The position numbers and the translations under genes are program-made. A stretch of DNA of 64,000 nucleotides from Patescibacteria group bacterium (GTDB lineage: Bacteria; Patescibacteriota; Minisyncoccia; Phycocordibacterales; WO2-35-19): the NCBI GenBank assembly GCA_038056395.1, contig JBBUFS010000004.1, forward strand, positions 884 through 64,883, written 5' to 3'. Under the pieces are notes generated by a model that made no database searches, was not told where the DNA came from, and worked only from the letters and a program-made list of their open reading frames with translations. Shown here piece by piece: positions 1 to 9,200 of the stretch (position 1 is its first letter; each line of letters opens with the position of its first letter).

Positions 1-110
1 GTGTTTATGGCTTCCCTAGGCTGATTTTTATTTTTTTGCCAAAAAATCACCGATATCAAAACCAAAACGGCAATGACGGTTGATATTATTATTTTTGTTT
101 TTTTATTCAT
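1..110 (-). CDS. Partial CDS (runs off window), N-terminal signal/anchor protein
   Basis: Hand translation from ATG at 110: MNKKTKIIISTVIAVLVLISVIFWQKNKNQPREAIN..., a basic N-terminus plus hydrophobic stretch; same strand as, and downstream of, the giant gene. Confidence 0.6.
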   Translation of the reverse strand, partial: MNKKTKIIISTVIAVLVLISVIFWQKNKNQPREAIN

Positions 111-135
111 GGGATTTTTATTATTAATTTCTATT

Positions 136-244
136 CCTAACTCTCCAAACCTCCCTTAAATTAAGGGAGGGTTTAAGGAAGAAAAATGCTAATGCATTTT
201 TCCATAAATCTCCTCTTAACTTAAGAGGAGTTTGAGGAGTTAGG
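136..244. repeat. Composite inverted-repeat (REPIN-like) element
   Basis: Arms cctaactctccaaacctcccttaa and ttaagaggagtttgaggagttagg are inverted copies; each contains a hairpin (cctcccttaa-a-ttaagggagg; ctcctcttaa-c-ttaagaggag); central hairpin gaaaaatgc-taat-gcatttttc. Confidence 0.7.
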
Positions 245-286
245 TTTTGTTTTATAAATTTAAAATTTATCATTTGAAATTAATGT

Positions 287-3200
287 TTATGGCGCCGGTT
301 CAACTATGGGTTCAGGTGTCGGTTCCACTACTGCCGATGGAGTTTCCAACGGAGGCTCGGTAACAGGTACCGGTTCAGGAATTGGTTCAGGAATTATTTC
401 CGGCTTGCCCAGCGAAGCTTCAGCGGAGTTGGGAGTAGTAGTGGCAATCGGCTCTTCTATTATTGGCGGAGTGGTGGAAGCTGCTTGCCCTGAGTCAGTC
501 GAAGGGGTTGGTTCTTCTATTGTTGGAGGCGTTGTGTCTGGAGTGGTGGTAGCGGTGGGAGCAGGAGCGATTCCGGAAGAAGCAATCATGGCCGCCAATT
601 GCTCTTTGTTGACGCAGACATTATCTATGCAAAGCTCTTTGGTCTCCACCTTATCAGCCACCAGACTGCCTGTAATAAGTTTTGTTATCTTGACAAAGCC
701 GTTGCCGATTTCCATTCCGATTTGCTTCAAAAATTCAAACAAACCAAACCACTTGCTTGGCACATCCATGACACTGGCGCCATCCGCAGAAACAAGAGTT
801 TTGGCGCTTTCAACTTCTCTCCAGCCGCTTTTTATATAAGCCATAACCGTCTCTTCGGTATAAGAAGTGGAGGAAGCCGTATCTGATTCAGGAGTATAAA
901 AAGCGGTAGAAGTGGCTCCGCCCACCGCCACCCCGACAATATATCCGCTCTCTATCATTTTGACCGCCACGCCCGGCGTAGTGGAAGAAAGAGCTAGATA
1001 ATCGCCAATTTCAATGGCCCCATTTTCATTTGAAATTTTAACCGGCACCTGCCCGGCGATAGAAACCAAAACATTGTATTGGTTATAATTTTGGTCGCAG
1101 TCCGCGTCATTCACGAAACAAATCGGCCCGTTGCCTATAAAGCCGGGATTGGTGGAAACGATACCAAGGGGCTCCGCTTCCCAAGGTGGCACCTTTGGGG
1201 CATTTCCTAAGGTGCCACCTTGGGAAACAGACCCAGCCCTGACTACACTTTTATCTTTCGTCCTATCAAGCGCCACAATTTCTCCAAACTTCGGCTTATT
1301 ATTCAAATCAGAAATTCTAAAATATTCAGCCATGTCGGCGGCAGAGGTGGTGAAAGCGACCACGCTGGCGCCATTGCCTTGTATTTTGCCTCCTACCGTC
1401 TGGGTGCCATCGGCAAAGGCCACGAAATAGTTGCCGGTGGTTCGGCTGGCATTGGCCACGCCGAGAGTAATCAGCAAGCCGTCGGCATCAGCGCCGGTGT
1501 TGGCATTGTCTATGCGAGCGATATAAGTAGACGCTTGGTTGCCTTGAACTGTAAAGTCGTAAGCCAAAGTGGAGGTGCCTATACCGACGGCGCTATTGGT
1601 GGAATCAACCACAAAGGCAGCGGCGCCCAGTCCGTCATAAAGATTGAGGGCGGTGGTGCTTGAAAGATTCATCCAAAGCCCGCCCTCCGCCGTAAAGCCT
1701 GACAAAAATGTCCCGCCCGAAGAATACATGTTCAAAAGATTGGCCGTCTGGCCGGTGGCCGCCGTTATGTCAACTCCGGCGTTTGTGCTTCCTGCCGTAG
1801 TATCTACTTCAAAGACCGGCGTGCCGCTGGCCATTTGGATTGAAAAAGCGGTGCTTGAAGAAATTTTTTGAGTGAAGCCTCCCCATTGGCTGATAGTAAT
1901 TATATTTCCGCTGATGGAACTGCTGGCGATAGTGAGCAAATCTTTAGCCGTTCCCGCCCCTTGCAAAGAAAAGAGAGCGCCGGGCGCCGCTGTGCCTATG
2001 CCCACATTATTGCTGGAAAAATCATAAACAAATCCTGAACCTTCAATGGCTAAGCCTCCGGCGATGGTGGAAGTGGCGATGGTGGAAGTGGCATTAAAAT
2101 TGCCAAATGTCGGAGTGCTTGTAGCGACGATAGCGCCGGAGGCGTTGGTTGAAAGAAGTGAATTAACAGCCGCGCCAGTGAGAGTGAGAGACGGAGTTGA
2201 AATTGAAGAAGTGGCAATCAAGTTTGCCATCGTTACTGTGCCTCCGTCAAAATATCCGCTTCCGGCCACAGACATTTTATAACCGGGTGTGGTGGAGCCA
2301 ATGCCGAGGTTACCGGCAGAATTGAGAGCCAGCAATGTGGTGGAAGCCGAGTTCACAATATTCAATAAATCTTGAGCGGTTGAGGACGCCCAAATAGTTA
2401 GCCGCGCGTATGGCGTGCTTGTGCCTATGGCGATACCCTCATTTTTGGTGTCCCCGCTTCCGTCTGATTCGCTGTAAAGAGTGAGCAGGGGCAAGCCGTC
2501 AATTGAGGCGGAATAACTTTCAATAGTGCCGGCAGAAGCGGAAGATGTGACCGGCATATCAGCCCAAGAAACTATGCCCGCATCGGAATCAAAACTCTGC
2601 GCTCCCAAGACCAAATTATCAATGGCGGTTTCTCCGGTACTCCAATCATAAGTGATTGCCCCATTGCCCACATCCAATCCGCCAACAATAGTTGTCGTCG
2701 CCGTGCTTGTGCTCATCCAAATATCTCCTAAATGATTGACTCTGAAAAATGTGTTGGTGCTGGAGCCAATAATAAAACTATCCATACCCGCTCCTGCATG
2801 AACTGATAAAGTAGCGTAAGGAGAAGATGTCGCTCCTATTCCAACATTTCCCGTCGCGCCAATAATAGTCAGAGCAGAAGTTGTCGTCGTCGCCGTTCCA
2901 TCAACCGTCGTCGTGGCAAAATACAAATTACCTCCGGCGTTTCTTGTTATCCATTGAGCGATGCCCGCCCCGTCAGTGAGTGATGTTGATGAAGCGACGG
3001 TTAATCGTGCAATTGATGACATTGTGGTAGTGCCGATGCCGACGTTACCCTGACTATTAATACGCATCCTTTCAACCGGGTCTTCTCCTCCTCTGTTCCA
3101 AAATATAAGAGCTGTGACAGTATCACTTGTTCTTATGGCCCTAATACCTGCAAGATTATATGCAGAAGAATTACCCAGTGAAATACCAGCCCCGTCGCTA

Positions 3201-6200
3201 CTATTAGACCTTACTAATAATTGAGATCTGGCATCGCCTTGTGCTGTACCATAAGCACCAAATATCTCGGCCGCAGCTCCACTTTGCACACTAGGTGTGC
3301 CAACTAAGAAAGTACCATTTACGTGTAGTTTCTGCAACGGATTCGCCGTCCCTATCCCCACATTTCCCCCATTAGTCACGACGAAAGAAGTGTTGTGGGC
3401 GATGATGCCGCCGAATTCAATAGGGTCATCATTCCACTCATGTTCAAACTCCATAGATCTAAGATCATTATTGTATTTTTTAAGAAGTTTTTGTTCTTCT
3501 TCAAGAGAAAGAATTTTGCCGCTCTTTTTATATTTCAAATGCCCCGCCACGAAGTTGTGCGTGCCTTCCACTTCTATATCGTAGACCTGTTTTTCCTCCA
3601 GCTTTTCTATTTTCTTTATCTTTTCAAAATTCAAATTATTTTCCAGGGACTGCAGTTTGCCCTCATCATGATTTATTGTTTGCGTCTCTATAACAGCAAT
3701 CTCCTGCCCCTCTTTCAAATCGGAGGTTTTTACCCAAGAATCCTTAATTTGCGGAGAATTTCTCTCAATCCTAATTCCAACTTTATTCAGAGCCCATTTT
3801 AGGATTGATTTCTTATCCACATTGGAATCTGTTGAAACGCTTGACAAACCAAACAGGTTCGCTATACTTGGGACACATTCTCCCCTGCCTCGTTCCGTTT
3901 TCGGAGCGGGGTATGGTTTTTTATAGGAGTTCTTATCGCCAATAATTTTCTGGAAAAGCCCTTCAATCGTCCAGCCGAGACGGGAAAGCAATATATATTT
4001 GTGGGCCAAAGAAGTCAGTGCGCCGGAGAGATTTTCCCTTCCGGCAATTATCACCACTTTTTTACCCAAAGCGTTAAGATCTTTTATAAGCGGAGCAAAG
4101 TCGCCATCGCCAGAAAATAAAACTAGAGTATTAAAATCTTCCGCCAACCGAAGCGCGTCTGTAGCTATTTCTACATCAAAATTAGCTTTCGGCTCCAGAA
4201 GCTCAATACCTTGATCATCAAGACGCTTGGCTTCTGATAGTATTGAATTCCTGATTTTTTCTCCACAGGCCTTCAGCCATCTTGAATTTTGATCATTGTC
4301 CAAAAGGTCAGACAAAGAAATCTTAAAATACTGGACTGGTTTAGTGATAATTGAATATCCCGCTTTTTTGAGAAAATTAAAGAATGAGGGTTGATTTAGA
4401 TTTCGTTCATCTGTTCCATAATAGAAGCGGGTATCATATATGCCTATTTTTTTAAGAGTCCTAATCAATATTTCGAGATTCATAGTTAAACCTCTCTTAA
4501 CAAGCCATGATTTTATATTTGCGTAATCAATAAATGCCATAGCTCCGGACTTTGGCCTGCCTATTTTTTCTCTTACTAAATACGGATGAGTGCCCGTAGT
4601 TTCAATGTATCTGCCCGACTCAGTGGTCAATCTGTAAACGGTACGAACGCCCGTATCCAAAAGGCCGTTTATTATATGATATTCAAATTGGCCGGTTTTC
4701 TGATTCAAAGAAAGCACTTCATCTCCAGGCAAGATGTCTTTGATCGGAACAAACAAACTTTCGTATTCATCTGTTTCAAATTCTTCTCCGTCAGAATCGG
4801 TGTATTTTTTCCTGCGTCTTCTGCGAATTTTTAATAGGGTATCTCCCGTCACGCATTGAGTGGTTGAACCGATGGCAAATGCCGGACCGAGAATGCCCGT
4901 GGGATTTATTGACAACTGAGCCCAAGGCGATGAACTTGCAATCCCCACATTTCCCGTCGCGCCAATTATTGTTAATGCCGAAGTTGTCGTCGTTGCTTCT
5001 CCTGTAATTGTCGTAGTGGCAAAATACAGATTTCCTCCAGCGTTTCTTGTTATCCACTGAGCCACTCCCGCTCCATCAGTGAGAGATGTTGATGAAGCCA
5101 CAGTCAGACGATATTGAGGAGTGGTTGTCCCGATGCCGATTTGACCAGAGGAATCAATCAGCATTCTTGTGGCGATTGCGCCACCGGTTGGTTTGGTCTG
5201 AAACGCAAGCGCGCCCGCGTCATCAGCTCCAGCCCGAGCGCTAGCTATGCTGGCTACACGATTCGTCTGATGGTAAAAATCAATTAGAGCAAAACTTGTG
5301 TTGGTGGTTCTGCTTCCCTGCAGTTCCAGTGAAGAAAGGACATTCTCCGAAGCTCCAGCGGAAATAGTTAAGGATTTATTTACACCAGTGGTCAAACCAG
5401 GACTTTCCGTCCCCACCCCCACATTACCCACCGAGTTAATTATAAAGTATGTAGATGTAGCGGAAGCTCCAGTTGAACTTGCCACAACGAAGAGAGGAAC
5501 AACAGATGCTCCATCGGAGTATGAGGAGACAGAGAGTTTGGCCAGAGGAGAAGTGGTGCCAATGCCTAGGTTACCGTTAAAGACGAAGCCGTCTGTGTCA
5601 GTCAGTCCGTTGCCACCGGAGTTAGTGTGTATTATTCGATTAGCTGTAAATCCAGTTTGATCTGTGTCTGTTAAGGCGAGGAATGTTGAGACTCCTGATC
5701 CCCCACCAACGCAATTATTATTAATAGCAAAACATCCTGCGCTTAAGTTGATGCCGACATTTGATGTAGTGGTGGCTGTTGCGGATATATCAAGACCGGC
5801 TAAAGTGGTAGTGCCAAATCCTTCGGTTGAAACGGAGAGGAGAGATTTGGTTGAAGAGCCAACAGCAAAACCCCAAATATCTCCGGCTTGAGTTTCAATA
5901 CCCAATCGAGCAAACGGGGTGGTGGTGCCAACCCCTGTTTTGCCTTGATTAGTCACAACAAAACTGGTGTTGTGAGCGACGATGCCGTTGGCCACGAAGT
6001 TGTGGGTATTTTCAATTTCAATATCGTAAACTTTTTCCTCTGGCATAATTTCAATCTTTGAAATAACATCCCAAACAGATCTTTTATTGCCGGATACGGC
6101 TATTTTTTGGCCTTCCTTTAGACCCTTCACCTTTGTCCACACCCCACCGCTTGACAAAGATGGCGGCTTGGAATAGAGTGTATCCAATAACGCAACCCCA

Positions 6201-9200
6201 AGCCCTGTGCTTGGGGCTTGTTTTTTATCTGCGCCATTTGCCGTATTTTGATACAAGTTTAGGTCATTTTGGTAGTCATCTATGTTTATATGCAGTATCT
6301 GTCTCAACTCCCAAGCCATATTATTTTCAAACCCGGCAAAAGCTATTTTCTTCCCTTTGTTTATGGAATATTTCTTAAGCGGCAAAAGATCGCTGTCTCC
6401 GCTTACTACAAGTATTGCATCGAGATTTTTTGCGGTTTCTGTAACATCAAGAGTAAGTTCTACATCCATATCTCCCTTCTTTTCCATCACCTCTGCCATC
6501 TTTCCATTTATTTCCTTATTAGTTTTTATGTATTTAAGAGGTTTGGTAATTAAATTAACATACGGCTCAACAAAACTTATGTATTTCAATGTCTTCTCTC
6601 TGGACTCATCGCCTTCTTTCGGTATAGCTGTGTAGAAATTTATAAACTGCAAATCAAAAAACTTGGAAAGTTCTTTCTTCAATTTTGCAAAATCAATTTT
6701 CCAGCCCGCTTTTTTCTGAGCATAGAACATATTTGAGTTGTCATAAAATACTCCAAGTTTTGGCTTGACTGGAAGTTTTTCTGGTTTGGTTTGGGTGAAG
6801 TACGGATGCTCGCTTGTCGTCCTGATGGACTTGCCGGAGGCGGTGGTCAGTTTATAAATTTCTTTTTTGCCTGTGTAAACTACTTGCTTGACTTTGCTCC
6901 AGACAAGTTTGCCTGTTTTGGTATCAAGTGATTGAACTTCATCGCCTTCTTCTATGTCTAATATGGTTGGGTTGTCATAAACATACTCCGTATCCAAATC
7001 CGAAGCACTAAATCCGAAATCCGAAAGTTTGGAATTTGGATCATTTGGATTTGGAATTTGTTTAGAATTTCGAGTTTTGAATTTCGAATTTCTTCGACGC
7101 CTTCGTCGAAGTCTAGTGTCTCCCGTCACGCACTGCGTTGTTGAACCTATGGCAAATGCCGGACCGAGAATGCCCGTGGGATTTATTGACAACTGAGCCC
7201 AAGGTGATGAGCTTGCAATTCCCACATTTCCCGTCGCGCCAATTATTGAAAGCGCTTCTATTGAACTCGTCGCTGTTCCGTCAACCGTGGTAGTGGCAAA
7301 ATACAAATTCCCTCCTGCGTTTCTTGTCACCCATTGAGCTACTCCTGCTCCGTCAGTGAGTGCTGTGCTTGATGCGACAGTTAGACGGTATTGAGGTGTG
7401 GTGGTGCCGATGCCGACGTTGCCAGAAGATGTGATTCGCATTCGTTCAACTTGGTTGGTTACAAAACCCAAGACGTTCGCTGCCGGTGAAAATAATCCGG
7501 TACCAGTGCCTAAGATAGCTAAAGCTGGCACGTTCGCTACGCCACCACTGGTTATGAAGAATTTATTACTAACACCGATGTAGTCCGACGAGGAGCGGTT
7601 GAGATAATCGCCACTTGTACCGATATAAAGGTTAGTTACAACGCGGGCGCTGCCATTAACTTCCAAAGGATAGATAGGACTCGCCGTCCTGATGCCGACA
7701 TTGCCATTAGCCAAAACGGTGAAGAGAGTTGAGGTGGCGGTGCCGCCGGTGGTTGAGGCGATGGTGAAGAGAGGCGTGTTGATGGCGGTGTTGAGATTGT
7801 TTGAAATTGAAAGCAGAGAATATGGTGATGTCGTCCCAATACCGACATTGCCGCTTTGCGCAATGAAGAGAGAGGATGTAGCTGTCAAAGTTGTGCCGAC
7901 GGAATCATAAAATGGAACTTGGCCTTGCAAAGTAGAAGCGCCGACCGAACCAGCTCCGGTGCCCGCGCATATGCCGTTGATTGCGAAACATCCGGCTGAA
8001 AGATTGATGCCTACATTTGATGTGCTTGTGGCTTGACCGATAATATCCAAACCGCGAATTGTGGTTGTTCCAAATCCCCCGCCTGCGATTTCTAGAGCAG
8101 AGATGGTAGTAGTGGCTTCTCCGGTGATTGTTGTGGTGGCGAAATATAAATTCCCTCCGGCGTTCCTAAATGTCCATTGGCCAATGCCTGCTCCGGCTGA
8201 AAGCGAAAGTTGAGGCGAGGTGGAGGAAGATACCGTCAGTTGATAACTGGCGGCAGTGGTAGTGCCGATGAGTATTTGCGAAGTAGTGGCGGACAAACCA
8301 AGTAAGGGATGAGTCCAAGCGTCGTAGGAAGAGAGAGGAGTAAATCCGAATATGGAAGATGAGGCGGCTACATTGAGCGTTCCATCATTTCCGGCCGTGT
8401 AGACGAAACCGTTGGCGGTCAAATTTGAAAGTTTAGGAATACTGGCCGAACCTTCCACGGTAAGATTGCCGCCAAGGTAAGTGTTGTGAGCGATGATGTC
8501 GTTCCCCACGAAGTTGTGAGTGCCTTCCACTTCAATGTCATAGACTTTTTCAGCTGGCAGACGCTTGATCTCAATTACTTTTTCCCAAGCGGCTCTCTCC
8601 CCGTGAATAACAGCTACAGATTCGCCGACTCGCAGATCCCCCGCCACTCTCCACACGCCATCCTTGACAAGATTTTCAGATTTGCTATACTTGCTCTCAA
8701 GAAGCGCTCGTGAGCCAACCAGACTCTCGTCTTTGTGCGAGAAAACAGTAGCTCTAAGGGCGTTTTCTGTTTGGGCCAAAAGCGCGGTCGCGTCTGCTCC
8801 GACTTTTTCATCCGCTTTTTTCTTGCCAATATGAACGCCCCAGGCCGCAAAGTGAGCCGGCGACTTTTTGCCGATTGGAGCGAAATGTATTTCAATATCG
8901 GCAAATTGATTTTTGATGATAGAAGCAATAATTTTATCATGACCGATATACTCGGTATCAATAACAAGCTCGTGAACTGTAGATTTGAGCTTCAACAAAG
9001 CTTCTTTTATGCCGATAGCAAACAAAATCGCATAAAGTTTGCCTGATTTTTTAAATCTTTTCTTGAAATTTTGTTTTATCTCGCGCGGTATTACGACCGA
9101 GATTGAGTTTTCTTGATTTGCCACTGATATGACGGTATCATGATTGAAGTTTTCAATCTTTACTGATTGATCCGCTTCAAATTTGTAAAGCTTTTGGTTC

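Larger units (their letters stand above)
3392..4855 (-). mobile_element. Intein 3 (488 aa, aa 2154-2641) carrying a NYN-domain cargo
   Basis: Block A CVTGDT, block B TTGTHPY, WVKTSDLKEG motif, block F VYDIEVEGTHNF, block G IIAHN, +1 Thr; cargo FIDYAN...KANFDVE...SGDGDF. Confidence 0.9.
5969..7132 (-). mobile_element. Intein 2 (388 aa, aa 1395-1782) carrying a NYN-domain cargo
   Basis: CVTGDT, TTSEHPY, WTKVKGLKEG, VYDIEIENTHNF, IVAHN, +1 Thr; cargo FYDNSN...KGDMDVE...SGDSDL. Confidence 0.9.

Noticed and set aside
6133-6141. DnaA-box-like TTGTCCACA before the intein 2 antisense promoter
   Set aside because: Explained by the conserved Val-Trp codons of the Hint motif on the sense strand.
4843-7410. 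Diversity-generating retroelement TR/VR pair
   Set aside because: Differences between the repeats are mostly synonymous and not adenine-specific; no reverse transcriptase in the window.
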